This document shows, piece by piece, positions 34,510-49,181 of a stretch of 64,000 bases of DNA (its first letter is position 1; each line of letters begins with the position of its first letter). The position numbers were made by a program, and so were the translations under genes. The notes beneath the pieces were generated by a model. That model did not search any database, was not told the DNA's origin, and saw only the letters and a program-made list of their open reading frames with translations. Source of the DNA: Eledone cirrhosa (taxonomy: Eukaryota); the NCBI GenBank assembly GCA_964016885.1, contig OZ024754.1, positions 36,270,001-36,334,000 of the forward strand. The letters are read 5' to 3'.

Positions 34510-34807
34510 ATTATTTATTCTGCACCTTCTCTTTAACATGTGCGAAACCACACTAATACATTTCACTATCATTTGATAATGCATAAAAATGCTGAAACCG
34601 GTAATAGACAATTATTAAATATATAAATATATAAATAGATAAATAAATGCCATTGTTAAATAATAAATAAATCAACTAATACCTTAACACTTCACACAAA
34701 GTAAAACATTTCGTTTTAATCATTTTCTAACCCAGAAAAGAGAGAGAGAGAGAAATAAAAAAGGAAAAAATATATTTTTCTTCCTAATAATCGTCTCTTT
34801 CTCCCTG
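34510..34807 (+). mobile_element. Family D solo arm
   Basis: Homologous to 12520-12750, including ttgataatgcataaaaatgctgaaaccggta. Confidence 0.7.
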
Positions 34808-35094
34808 ATATATATATATGGATGTCTGTGATCTATATACACAGGTCATAGTCACACATACACATATATATATATATACACAACAACATCAGCTATCTCT
34901 CTCTCTCTCTCTCCCTCTCTCTCTTTCTCTCTCTCTCTCTTCTATTCTCCTTCTCTGTTTCCTCTCCCTCTCTCTATGTCTCTTTTTCAATCTACTCTCT
35001 CGCCACGACTATTTCTTTCTCTCTATCTTTCTCTCTCTCTTTCTCTCTCTCTCTTTCTCTCTCTCTCTTTCTCTCTCTCTCTTTCTCTCTCTCT

Positions 35095-35290
35095 GTTTAT
35101 GAAGCTACCCGGAAAAACCCCATATCTAGGGAACCCGTGCTCCGATTTACGCGAAACTTGTTTTATTCCATTTTGTACTCCCATTTCAGAGTCAACTTTC
35201 TTTCAAAGTATTTTCCCATTATGCGCCCTTTTGGCTGTATTACATTACAGACAAGCAAGCAAGCAAACACAGAGCTTTAGTAATATATAA
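35095..35290. mobile_element. Possible Helentron-associated (HINE-like) fragment
   Basis: tatctagggaaccc..ccgatttacgcgaaactt and cagacaagcaagc..gctttagtaatatata resemble such elements; recollection only. Confidence 0.3.
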
Positions 35291-35657
35291 ATGCTGTGAT
35301 GTGAGGGAGATATTGCTGCTATTTCTAGGACATTAGACTCTCTCGTTATCAGCGTTGTCCCTGTCTTTCATTACTGTCATTAATACCATTGTCATCGTCA
35401 TCGTCATTAATCCCCACCACCACCACTACCTCCACAAACCCCTAACACAATCACTCCCAGTACTACCACCACCACCACTACTACTACTACTAACAATGAT
35501 ATCACCAGCACTACCAGCACTATTACCGCTGCCATACCAGCATCAATGCTAGTATTTATTTTAGTATCTTTATTGCACAAGCTTGACCGTCACCAATACA
35601 ACAGCCACTAATAATAACTAATATTTCCACCACCACCACCACCAGCACCGCCGCCAT

Positions 35658-35724
<67 letters not shown>

Positions 35725-35745
35725 GCTGCTACTACTAACTACTAA

Positions 35746-35789
<44 letters not shown>

Positions 35790-35810
35790 ATACTACTACT
35801 ACTACTGCTG

Positions 35811-35845
<35 letters not shown>

Positions 35846-35904
35846 GCTACTACTACTACTACTACTACTACTACTATTACGACTTCTACTAACACTACTA
35901 TTAT

Positions 35905-35951
<47 letters not shown>

Positions 35952-36859
35952 ACACTACTACTACTACTAACACTACAAACACTACTACTACAATAATAAT
36001 AATAATAATAATAATAAAAATAATAATGATGATAAAATTAATAAAAGTGAAAGTAATAATAGCATCACTGATCACACCAACGACAACAACAACACCAACA
36101 AAACCATTACAACCACCATCAGCACCCTCACCACCACCACCACCACCACCACCACCACCACCCCACCACACCGTCTTTCTTTTAGTATGTATGTCATCTG
36201 ACATCTTGATTGAATCCTGTTTGACCACTGTCCAGTTTCTTTAACAGGACAGCAGGCTGGATTGCTCGTGTGTAAATATGTCCTTTGGTAGCAAAAATAT
36301 ACAAACAAATAAATAGGAAAATAGGAAAAGAAAAGGGATTAAGAGGACAAAGAACGGTTTAGACGTAGAGGATGGAGAAGGGGGGAGGGAGGAAGAAGAG
36401 TTGTTGCAAGAGTGAAGAGTTCTGTGGGAGAAACATGGGGGTGGTGGTGAGCCGAGTGGCGGGAGGGTGTGTATGTAATGGAAGCGATGAGAACAAAATT
36501 AAGTGAGGAAAGAAGAAATATACAAAGTATGTGAAAGAAAGAAAGAAAGAAAGAAAGAGAGAAGGTATGCGAAAAGAAGAAAGAAAGTAAGGAAAACACT
36601 GGAGAAAGTTAGGAATGCCACGGGGAAGGAATGAGATATATGAGCAATACAATGAGTGAGAGTAAGAGAGGAAGGGGAGGTAAATATAGAAGAGATTACG
36701 AGGTGATTAACAGAATCGCGAAAAACGAGCGAATGTGATAGATAGATATATGGATGGATAGATAGGAGGTAGGTATGTTGATGGATGGATATATATATAT
36801 ATATATAGAGAATTAGTATATCTATCAACATATGTATACAGATGTATACCCATGCTAGC

Positions 36860-37021
36860 AAATATATATGTTATGTCTTAGTACCTTTGTGGTTCTATGC
36901 AGGGGGATGCAGAACAATTATATGAAAGACGTAAAATAAGAAAATATTAAAAATTAAAAATTAACTTACTTACTAGTAAGTTAATTTTTAATTTTTAAAA
37001 TTTTCTTATTTTACGTCTTTC

Positions 37022-37024
<3 letters not shown>
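36860..37024 (-). mobile_element. Small fold-back element with tail next to (TA)n
   Basis: tatgaaagacgtaaaataagaaaat...attttcttattttacgtctttcata (36921-37024). Confidence 0.6.
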
Positions 37025-37094
<70 letters not shown>

Positions 37095-37139
37095 ATACAT
37101 ATATATATATATATACACACACACACATATATATATATA

Positions 37140-37342
37140 AATTTGTCGATCGACTTTCGTCAAATCGGACCGAGGAAACAATGTTTCCGTTGGTCTTTCC
37201 AATTGCTAGTACTATCTATCTGTCGCAACTCAAAGTAGAAGGAGCAACGTTAAATAAAGTGCCGTGCTCAAGGTCATAACGCATCCCATGGTCCAGAAAT
37301 CGAACTGACAACCTCACGATTGTGAATCCAGTTCTCTAACCA
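37140..37342 (-). mobile_element. Degenerate tRNA-derived SINE
   Basis: Minus strand gttcgatttc B box and gcgttatgaccttgagcacggcacttt, similar to 3795-3890. Confidence 0.55.
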
Positions 37343-37355
37343 TATATATATATAC

Positions 37356-37454
<99 letters not shown>

Positions 37455-37522
37455 TATATGTATGCGATGAGAACAAAATTAAGTGGAGGAAAGAAGAAAT
37501 ATAGAAAGTATGTGGAAGAAAG

Positions 37523-37838
<316 letters not shown>

Positions 37839-38188
37839 TTATACTTGGGGAGGGTCATATTTGTGTAATATTGCCAGAATTAATAACAGAACACACTCAC
37901 TGCTTGGTTGGTTTTCGCTTTTCGCTTCTGTGTCTTTTATATCGGTAATATATATATATATTTCTTCCTTTCTTTCACATACTTTCTATATTTCTTCTTT
38001 CCTCACTTAATTTTGTTCTCATCGCTTCCATTACATACACACCTTCCCGCCACTCGGCTCACCACCACCACCATGTTTCTTCCACAGAACTCTTCACTCT
38101 TGCAACAACTCGTCTCCCCCCCCCCCCCCCTCTTTTCCATCCTCTACGTCTAAACCGTTCTTTGTCCTCTTAATCCCTTTTCTTTTCC

Positions 38189-38227
<39 letters not shown>

Positions 38228-38277
38228 GTGCCGAGCTGAGAATAAGGTGAAATATTTGTTCTCGGTATGGTGAACTA

Positions 38278-38392
<115 letters not shown>

Positions 38393-38444
38393 TCTGTAGA
38401 TGGGTGAGTATCCTCAAGAGACAGAGTGAACCAAATATTGGATG

Positions 38445-39250
38445 AATAACGCAAAAATTAACTTGTCTGCATGAGGGCACACATTACAAATGTCTACTCT
38501 GTTGTTTTGTCTTTATAATATTACACTGCTGTACAAAACAAAATTTCCTTGATTCATTGGAATATGACCTGCATCGTTCCACAATTTTCCACTTGATTTT
38601 ATTAAGTGTTTTATTTTTTTAATTTCCTTACATTTCTGGCTAGTTATGTTGAATTCCTCTTGGCCAACATCTGAGGGCGTTTCCTGGTTGAAAAATCTTT
38701 GCTTGAATTTACCCTCAACCATCCCATATAAACATTTTTCTTGGTTGGTTACTGTTGTATGTTTGAAGTAACTTCATCTTCAGATACAACGGACTACACG
38801 TTGCAAGACGGGCTTGCTGGTGATATAAGTTTCATACATTGTAATGCATTAGTTGTGGACGACACTCATCGTCTATTTAAAATCTTTCAACAATACCTTT
38901 GGCTAATAGAAAAGTACTTATGTATGTGGACCAGGGAAGTCTTACTTATAGATAGTTTTAAAGTTTAGGAAAATGTTGAGTACAACAATGTAATCTCCCT
39001 GCGCTGCGCTTCTTCCTGTGTGTTGGGGGCTTAGAAAATCTCTTTAAAACTGCTATTAATTCAAGAATTATTAAATGGTCTATTTATATGGGCATAGGCT
39101 GCTTATGATAGCAATTAGATTTCTAAAGACAACATTGGTTGGTAGAAGGGGTTTCTATCAACATTGCTCAACGTTTTATGAGGTTTATGAAGAGATTTAT
39201 ACGTATAAGATTCTACGTTGTCTTTTAGACATGAAAATTAAGTTTTCTAT
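38445..39250 (-). pseudogene. Decayed Penelope-like retroelement ORF (RT thumb + GIY-YIG endonuclease)
   Basis: Minus-strand frames: YKSLHKPHKTL, REITLLYSTFS*TLKLSISKTSLVHIHKYF..KILNR, LYGMVEGKFKQRFFN, IKWKIVERCRSYSNESRKFC; same order as PLE WFNPPFS / YIG.TE..FK.R / IKW.I motifs. Confidence 0.7.
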
Positions 39251-40022
39251 GGTAGAAACAAATGCAGTTTCAGGCAGTTTGGTGTCAAAAGGTTTAGACA
39301 AATGGATATATTGGATAATGTAAGTTGAGTTAACATATATGTATATCTCAAAGAATCTACGGTATGCTCATAAATTGGGTGTCTTTGATCATAGGTCTGC
39401 TCGATCAGAGATGATGTGGGATTAAATAACAACAATAACAACAATAACAACAAGAACAACAATGACAGTGACAGTTCTAAAACATGTCTAGCCTAAACAA
39501 GCCTGAAAAGCGAGAGGGCTAAGCAATGAAGATAATGATGTTGACAGTTATGATAGTGGTGAACTTAATGTTCATTATCATCACCATGACGATGATGATG
39601 ACAATGATGATGATGATGATGATGATGAGGGTGGAGATGAGGATGATGATGATGACGAGGAGGTGGAGAGGGGGGAGGGGGGAAGGAGATGATATTGATG
39701 ATGATGATGATGGTGATGGTGATGATGAGGAGCAGGAGGTGAAGGAGTAGGACGAGAAGGACGAGGCGAGGAGGACGAGGCGAGGGGGGGGGGTAATGCT
39801 CATCATCATGAGGATGATGATGATGATGCTGGTGATGTAGAGGCGGAGTAGAAGTAGGAGGAAGGGGAAGAGGAAGAGGATGAGGAGAATATCGATGCCG
39901 TTGATGGCTTTATGAGGATGAAGATGATTTAAAATTATTATTATTATTATTATGAACGGTTGATTTCCCCCGGGGAAAATATATTTCATTAGTAGCGACT
40001 GATGCATTAGTAACGGATGTTG

Positions 40023-40023
<1 letters not shown>

Positions 40024-40083
<60 letters not shown>

Positions 40084-40087
40084 GGTG

Positions 40088-40158
<71 letters not shown>

Positions 40159-40162
40159 GGTG

Positions 40163-40224
<62 letters not shown>

Positions 40225-40228
40225 GGTG

Positions 40229-40264
<36 letters not shown>

Positions 40265-40375
40265 ATAGTAGTAGTAGTAATAGTAGTGGTGGTGGTGGTG
40301 GTGGTAGTAGTAGTAGTAGTGGTGGTGGTGGTGGTGGTGGTGGTGGTGGTGGTGGTGGTGGTGGTGGTGGTGGTG

Positions 40376-40434
<59 letters not shown>

Positions 40435-40441
40435 GGTGGTG

Positions 40442-40527
<86 letters not shown>

Positions 40528-40540
40528 GGTGGTGGTGGTG

Positions 40541-40589
<49 letters not shown>

Positions 40590-40617
40590 CAGCAGCAGTA
40601 GTAGCAGGAGCAGCAGC

Positions 40618-40676
<59 letters not shown>

Positions 40677-40722
40677 AAGTAGTAGTAGTAGTAGCAGTAG
40701 TAGTAGTAGTAGTAGTAGTAGC

Positions 40723-40772
<50 letters not shown>

Positions 40773-40845
40773 AAGTAGTAGTAGTAGTAGCAGTAGTAGT
40801 AGTAGTAGTAGTAGTAGCAGTAGTAGTAGTAGTAGTAGTAGTAGC

Positions 40846-40920
<75 letters not shown>

Positions 40921-40933
40921 GGTGGTGGTGGTG

Positions 40934-40982
<49 letters not shown>

Positions 40983-41010
40983 CAGCAGCAGTAGTAGCAG
41001 GAGCAGCAGC

Positions 41011-41072
<62 letters not shown>

Positions 41073-41118
41073 AAGTAGTAGTAGTAGTAGCAGTAGTAGT
41101 AGTAGTAGTAGTAGTAGC

Positions 41119-41165
<47 letters not shown>

Positions 41166-41265
41166 AAGTAGTAGTAGTAGTAGCAGTAGTAGTAGTAGTA
41201 GTAGTAGTAGCAGTAGTAGTAGTAGTAGTAGTAGTAGCAGTAGTAGTAGTAGTAGTAGTAGTAGC
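40024..41265. repeat. (TAG/TGG/CAG)n array with ~393-bp internal duplication
   Basis: The interruption agcagcagcagtagtagcaggagcagcagc recurs at ~40588 and ~40981. Confidence 0.9.
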
Positions 41266-41468
41266 TTACACTAATCTCTTTTAGTCGCACTGACTGAAAA
41301 ATGCGCTAGCCAGCCGCCTGCTGGTGTTGGCGTTGGTGTTGGTATTGGTGTTGTTGTTGTTGGTGGTGGTGGTGTTGGTGCTGGTGCTGGTGCTGGTGTT
41401 GGTGCAGGTGTTGGTGTTGGTGTTGGTGTTGTTGTTGATGGTGGTGGTGGTGGTGGTGTTGGTGTTGG

Positions 41469-41529
<61 letters not shown>

Positions 41530-41736
41530 GGTGGTGGTGGTGGTGGTGGTGGGAGTGTAGTCGGTACCAAATAGGTAGTTTGTTTCCTAAGACGAAAGCA
41601 ATTGAGATGAAGAAACTAATTAGATGATGTGCACATGTGTACATCTGTCTGTGTGTGCGCATGTGCACGAACACGCCTGTCCATCCGTTCATGTACATAT
41701 ATGTGTGTGAGTGTGTGTGTGTGTGTACGTGTGTGT

Positions 41737-41789
<53 letters not shown>

Positions 41790-41802
41790 TGTGTGTGTGT
41801 GC

Positions 41803-42468
41803 ATATACGAGGCCGAAATGGGGTTTCTCGGAGGGTTTTTTTTAGTAACGTTACTCGACAAAGTGCATAGCTTGGAGATCAGAGAGTCACTCCAGTTAGA
41901 ACCAGTACTTCTCCGAATTGAGAAATCACAGCTCCGATACTATGGGCATGTGGTCAGAATGTGTCAGGAAAGAATCGCTGGACAGATCTTACGGGCAAAA
42001 CCAACCGTCGGGAGACCCGGAGGTGGGTGTCCTCCAAAGGGTTTTTGGAGTAACGTTACTCAATAGAGTGCTGAGCTCAGAGAGCAGAGAGTCACTCCAG
42101 GTAGAGCTGCTACTTCTCCGAATTGAGAAATCACAGATCCGATACTATGGGTATGTGGTCAGAATGTGTCAGGAAAGAATCGCTGGACAGATCTTACGGG
42201 CAAAACCAACCGTCGGGAGACCCGGAGGTGGGTGTCCTCCAAAGGGTTTTTGGAGTAACGTTACTCAATAGAGTCCTGAGCTCAGAGAGCAGAGAGTCAC
42301 TCCAGGTAGAGCTGCTACTTCTCCGAATTGAGAAATCACAGCTCCGATACTATGGGTATGTGGCTAGAATGTGTCAGGAAAGAACCGCTGAACAGATTTT
42401 ATGCGCAAAACCAATCGGCAGGAGACCCGGGAGTAGAACCTTACCATGATGGTTGGATAACATCCACG
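41803..42468 (+). mobile_element. RTE LINE 3' end with a 205-bp unit in three tandem copies
   Basis: EAEMGFL..LLRIEKSQLRYYGHVVRM..GRRP; ORF-track offsets of 205 bp. Confidence 0.85.
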
Positions 42469-42484
42469 TTATATTTATAAACAG

Positions 42485-42673
42485 GGCGGTGGATTGGCAG
42501 TATCGGTAGAGGGTCGGACGCCATGCTTTTCAGCATAGAGTTACGCCCCTTCACGGTCTGAGTTCAAATCCCACCAAGGTTAACTTTGCCTTTCATCCTT
42601 ACGGGGTCGGTAAAATAAAGTACCAGTAATGCACTGGGATAATTGCTGGCCTTGTGCCTAAAGTAGAAACAGT
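42485..42673 (+). mobile_element. Meta-type tRNA-derived SINE
   Basis: tggcagtatcgg A box, gagttcaaatcc B box, gcctttcatccttacggggtcggtaaaataaagtacc. Confidence 0.85.
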
Positions 42674-43084
42674 TATATTTATAAACAAAAATTTATGATG
42701 AAGAATGAAAAGCACTTATCAACATTTTTTATTCCTTACCAATTGTTTCATCTGAATAGGCGACGCTTGAGTGCTCAGAGAGGGAATTAAAATCGATCTG
42801 TATGTATCCATAGATATGCCGTGATTTTGAATCCTCAAAGGAAAAATAATTTGTTTACAATAATGTCACAAAAAGGGAAAAGGAGGAACCGTACTGTATG
42901 CGAAATAACAAACCGCAAGTCCGGAAATACTGCAGACTTTGAATCATGAACTAAATAATAATGAAATCGGCAGCAATTTAAAGCATTGAGAACGCTTCCC
43001 TTTGATTGAGGCATTTAACACGATATATCATATCTTCTGCTCTGAATTTACGATATATTACTTCTAAGTTTGGTATATATATAT

Positions 43085-43144
<60 letters not shown>

Positions 43145-43358
43145 GAATAATCGAGTGTCGAAAAATCGGCGCACGAGTTCACGATAAACAAAATTCGATA
43201 TGAGCGGCAGAGGGCTCAATAATTTAGATAAATCAGAGCTATAACTATCGTGAAAATACCGTCACACATAGAACAAGTCTATAATCAACCGTACGACCGA
43301 AAAATTGCGATCTGGAAGATTCGGGACACTCAGATAAGAAATCAATAAATCAATAAAT

Positions 43359-43395
<37 letters not shown>

Positions 43396-43399
<4 letters not shown>

Positions 43400-43598
43400 A
43401 ACGAGTAGGACCCCGACGGCTAAGCTCAAGCCGTTTCGGCGGCTAATTCTGAACTCAGTCCAGTCCAGAATTAGCCGTCGAAACGGCTTGAGCTCAGCCG
43501 TCGGGGTCCTACTCGTCCCTATTAGCCACTCTACTACCCTAAGTATTGAGTACTTTGGTGCGTTATGGTCCACCTGGTTCCTTACCACATTTCCTTCG

Positions 43599-43601
<3 letters not shown>
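43396..43601 (+). mobile_element. Family A element (A1)
   Basis: Inverted arms, spacer gaactcagtccagtcc, full tail. Confidence 0.85.
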
Positions 43602-43643
<42 letters not shown>

Positions 43644-43647
<4 letters not shown>

Positions 43648-43840
43648 AGGTGGGCCATAACGCACCAGAGTACTCAAGGCGTAGGGTAGTAGAGTGGGTA
43701 ATAGGGAAAGTGTCAAGACCCCGACGGCCGTTTCCACAGCTAGATCCGAACTCGAAGTACCGACTCTTTTCCCTATTACCCACTCTACTACCCTACGTCT
43801 TGAGTAATGGCCCACCTGGTATCCTACCACACCCTCTTTG
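43644..43840. mobile_element. Divergent family A variant with tail sequence inverted on both sides
   Basis: cgtagggtagtagagtgggtaatagggaaa / tttccctattacccactctactaccctacg. Confidence 0.7.
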
Positions 43841-43954
<114 letters not shown>

Positions 43955-44056
43955 TATGTATGTATGTATGTAAAAGGTAAACAGAAATAACAACACCATC
44001 GGTACAGTATATGAGAGGGATATATTAGGTTAACGCTTGATATAGCAGGAAGAGGG

Positions 44057-44092
44057 TCTTAACGTTTCGGACGCTAGTCCATCATCAGAAGA
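44057..44092 (-). ncRNA. Family B minimal HHR (element at least 43967-44170)
   Basis: UCUU-CUGAUGA-UGGAC-UAGC-GUCC-GAAACGUU-AAGA. Confidence 0.65.
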
Positions 44093-44894
44093 AAAAATGA
44101 GAAATAAGATAGATTGAGGGGACGGGCGGGGTGGAATTGGAAAAAAATGTCTTTAGATAAAAATAACATATTTTAGCCTATATAGGTTAAGATTTTTTTG
44201 AAAGAAATGAAAGTTTAGGGATATCGATTAACCGTCTTTGATGGGGAAGTAATCCTCCTCAAAATTATGTTCGTTGCTAAGGGTTAGTGGTGAATGGATT
44301 CGGAAGAAAGGCTTAGATGGGGAAACGTAATGGAATAATACCGTTTCTAAACTTAATATTTAAATTAAGTTACGTTATTAAGTTCTCTAATTGGTCTAGA
44401 GTTTTTAGTTTTATGAGTTGAATGAAGGTGGGGGTGAAATAGTGGTTTATTAGTTCGGGGACGGAAGGAGGGTGTTGGAGTCACGTGACAATCCATGGCG
44501 CTATGATTTCTACTCTTTTCACTCGAGATCTTAAGGGCAATGTTTTGTTTAATTTAATGTAATTTCAGTTAAGATTAAGAACTATCAGAATCATGGCCTT
44601 AAGGGATTTTGAAGGGGTTGCAGACCAGATAGAGTGTTTCTTACACTCTTATCTAGGGAAAGTTTATGAATTAATTGTTAAGAAAAAGCATTGGTTTGTA
44701 TATGGAATGTTTACAGACAACATGTACACATTTATTTGGCATGTTTATTCAGCTCCTTTAAGTTAGGGAAAAGATCTTGAGGGATTAAAAAGTACATATT
44801 TTTGTTACCGGGGTACAGTCCAGTGAAAGAGAGCAGGTTATCAAAAGTATAAAAAAATAAAAGGATACACACACATATATATATATATATATAA

Positions 44895-44940
<46 letters not shown>

Positions 44941-44972
44941 ATAAATATATATATCTATATATTTATAAATAA

Positions 44973-45051
<79 letters not shown>

Positions 45052-45060
45052 CTTCTCTGA

Positions 45061-45117
45061 ATAAGATATCTTAACGATCTCTTTTAATTGAGATGATATG
45101 TATATTGGTGACAAATG

Positions 45118-45162
<45 letters not shown>

Positions 45163-45221
45163 ATATCTTAACGATCTCTTTTAATTGAGATGATATGTAT
45201 ATTGGTGACAAATGTATAATG

Positions 45222-45257
<36 letters not shown>

Positions 45258-45317
45258 TATAAGATATCTTAACGATCTCTTTTAATTGAGATGATATGTA
45301 TATTGGTGACAAATATA
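45061..45317. repeat. ~58-bp unit in three copies, separated by (TA)n
   Basis: taagatatcttaacgatctcttttaattgagatgatatgtatattggtgacaaat at ~45062, 45159 and 45260. Confidence 0.9.
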
Positions 45318-45780
45318 AATATATATATATATAGAATATCTTATACACATCTACACATCACTGACGGGTTGATAAAATATCGTTCCCTGGGGATATATGC
45401 AACCTCAAGCAACTTAAACATAAGCATAAGGAGTCTGACCAAAATCCGTGACCGCAGAAACAGTCTGTGAATGGAAAAATAAACAAGTCAGACCGCTTCA
45501 CTAGATTGAGATGGTCATCACTAATTTAATTAAGTTTGTATCATTAAAATACAAACCCAACAACTTGAGTGTACAATTGCCTTAATAAGTGAGAAAAACG
45601 ACTCCGTGTGGGAGTCTCTACGCGATTGCATGATTTGCTAAAAGTAGCAGTTAAATCTCTCTTCAATGACACAGTACCTCCTTCGACATTAATATATAGC
45701 ATACTATATTCCTGGGTAGATTTTTATTTGGGGAAAAGATGGGATGATTACCACTGGAATGTCTTTGGTCATAGCTGTGC

Positions 45781-46900
45781 TTGATCAGGGCTTGTCTGAA
45801 TCTCAGCAACTGGTTACCCCTGTATGACATCCCATAAGCAAGCTTTATCATGGCTGTTTAGAGTTGAACAGGGATTAAATAGTGATCCTAACTTTGCTCA
45901 ATCTGGACTTATTTTGATCAAAGTAACCAGCTACCTCTACGTGATCAGGATTTGTCTGAATCTCAGCAACTGGTTTCCTCTGTGTGACATCCTATAAGCA
46001 AGCTTTATCATGGCTGTTTAGAGCTGACCAGGGATTAAATAGTGATCCTAACTTTGCTCAATCTGGACTTATTTTGATCAAAGTAACCAGCTACCTCTAC
46101 GTGATCAGGATTTGTCTGAATCTCAGCAACTGGTTTCCTCTGTGTGACATCCTATAAGCAAGCTTTATCATGGCTGTTTAGAGCTGACCAGGGATTAAAT
46201 AGTGATCCTAACTTTGCTCAATCTGGACTTATTTTGATCAAAGTAACCAGCTACCTCTACGTGATCAGGATTTGTCTGAATCTCAGCAACTGGTTTCCTC
46301 TGTGTGACATCCTATAAGCAAGCTTTATCATGGCTGTTTAGAGCTGACCAGGGATTAAATAGTGATCCTAACTTTGCTCAATCTGGACTTATTTTGATCA
46401 AAGTAACCAGCTACCTCTACGTGATCAGGATTTGTCTGAATCTCAGCAACTGGTTTCCTCTGTGTGACATCCTATAAGCAAGCTTTATCATGGCTGTTTA
46501 GAGCTGACCAGGGATTAAATAGTGATCCTAACTTTGCTCAATCTGGACTTATTTTGATCAAAGTAACCAGCTACCTCTACGTGATCAGGATTTGTCTGAA
46601 TCTCAGCAACTGGTTTCCTCTGTGTGACATCCTATAAGCAAGCTTTATCATGGCTGTTTAGAGCTGACCAGGGATTAAATAGTGATCCTAACTTTGCTCA
46701 ATCTGGACTTATTTTGATCAAAGTAACCAGCTACTTCTACGTGATCAGGATTTGTCTGAATCTCAGCAACTGGTTTCCTCTGTGTGACATCCTATAGGCA
46801 AGCTTTATCATGGCTGTTTAGGACTCACCGGGGATTAGTGATCCTAGCCTTGCTCAACCTGGACTTATTTTGAACAAAGTAACCAGCTAACTCTATTTGA
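45781..46900. repeat. 160-bp tandem satellite, ~7 copies
   Basis: gtgatcagga recurs at 45941, 46101, 46261, 46421, 46581 and 46741; inner units near-identical, outer units diverged. Confidence 0.95.
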
Positions 46901-47688
46901 TATACCATAGGTTTGCTTGATCGGAGTTGATAAGAACTGATCTCGGATTAAATAGCAAAGAACAACAACACTGGACAAATTTTCTATATATAAATATATA
47001 AAAAAAAAAACAGCATCGAGAATTGTCACCACCATCACGAAAACCACTATCACCCCACTCCTTCACCACCCCACCTACAATTACTCTCCACCAACACCAC
47101 CACCACCACCACCACCACCAACAATAAAAACAACGACAACAACCACATCGCCATCACAAAACCCCATTATCCTCACCACCATCACGAAAACCACTATCAC
47201 CCCACTCCTTCACCACCCCACCTACAATTACTCCCCACCAACACCACCACCACCAACACCACCACCACCACCAACAATAAAAACAACGACAACAACCACA
47301 TCGCCATCACAAAACCCCATCATCCACACCACCATCACGAAAGCCACCCTGCCTATCACCACCCTGCCTACAATAACACCCCGCCAACACTTACACATGA
47401 CAATAACAACAGCAACGACGACAACAACAACAACCACAACAACCACAACAACAACAACAACATCACCATCCCCACCACCCCCATCAGTAGCAGCAGCCGC
47501 CATTCCCATTGGAACGCCCAGTTCCATTGGTCACTGGTCATCTAATGACAATAACCTTCAGATAACGCTCTCTCCCAAAGCTATTAGCCGCTGTTCTTTA
47601 AAATGATGTCTGTGTGTGTGTGCGGTGTAGGTGTGCATGTGTGTGCGTATGTGTGTGTGTACGTGTATGTGTATGTGTGTTTGAGCAG

Positions 47689-47726
<38 letters not shown>

Positions 47727-48133
47727 ATGTGTGTGTGTATGTGTGTTTGAGCAGATATGTGTGTGTGTGTGTGTGTATGTGTGTGTGTGTGTATGTGTGT
47801 GTGTGTGTATGTGTGTGTGTGTGTGTGTATGTGTGTGTGTATGTGTGTGTGTGTGTATGTGTGTGTGTTTGAGCGGATCTCTGTGACTATGTGCGTGTGT
47901 GTGTGTGTGTGTATGTATGTGTGTGTTTGAGCGAATCTCTGTGAGTGTGTGTATGTGTGTGTGTGTATGTGTGTTTGAGCGGATCTGTGTGTGTGTGTAT
48001 ATGTGTATGTATGTGTGTGTTATGAGCGGATCTGTGTGTGTGTGTGTGTGTATATGTGTATGTGTGTGTGTGTGTTATGAGCGGATCTCTGTGAGTGCGT
48101 GTGTGTATGTGTGTGTGTGTTTGAGCAGATCTC

Positions 48134-48171
<38 letters not shown>

Positions 48172-48859
48172 CGTATGTATGTATGTGTGAGAGTGTATGT
48201 GTATGTATGTATGTGAGTGTGTGTATGCGTGTGTGTATGTATGTGTGAGTGTGTATGCATGTATGTGTGTATGCATGTATGTGTGTGTATGTATATGAGT
48301 GTGCATGTGTGTGTGTGTCTGTATGCATGTATGTGTGTGTATGTATGTGAGTGTGTATGTGTGTATGTGTGAGAGCGTGGTTTCTATCTGTTGTGTGTTG
48401 GGTTGTCTACAGACTGGGTTTCTTTTACTGTAGTCCTACGTAAGATGACGGGATGATTTGTGTTGAGATCTCTACTGAAGATTTATGTCTTCGTGTTAGT
48501 GTGAGGGAATATATGGTGGTGGTGGTGGGGGGGGGTCGTGGGATGATGTGATTGTGGGTGGTGGTGGTGATGGTTGTTGGTTGGAGTGGTGGTGATGGGG
48601 GGGGGTTGAGATGGTCGTTGGTGGGGTGGAGTATTTTGCGGGGAGGAGGGTGTTGGAGGTTTGGTGGGTTGTTGTGGCGGTGTGGTGGTGGGATGGTGGG
48701 GTGATGGTGTGGTGAGGTGGTAGTGGTGGTGGTGGTGTTTTTGAGGACGGAGTTGTTGTTTTTTTTTGGGGGGGGGATATGGTCTTGGATGTAAGTTTGT
48801 CTATCAGGCAGACACGCACAGATACACAGAACTATAAACACATACATATATACAGATCG

Positions 48860-48891
<32 letters not shown>

Positions 48892-49181
48892 ATAGATATA
48901 CACACTCACACACACACACATACACCCACACGCACGCACGCGCAGATAAACAAACAGACAGACATAAACAGATAAACTCACACATAGACATAGATTTACA
49001 AACAAACAGATACCCAGATAAACATACAAGCAGACACACAGACAAATAGTTAGGCACACAACCCCCCGCCCACACACGCACACCCATACAGAGAGAGAGA
49101 GAGAGATAAGAACAGACAGATAAACAAAGAGGTACTCACACAGAGAGATAGACAGACACACCGACAAGGTAAAATATTAAG

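Noticed and set aside
45355-45475. Possible HHR (CUGACGG...GAAACAGUCUGUG)
   Set aside because: Core mismatch and no convincing stem II or NUH site
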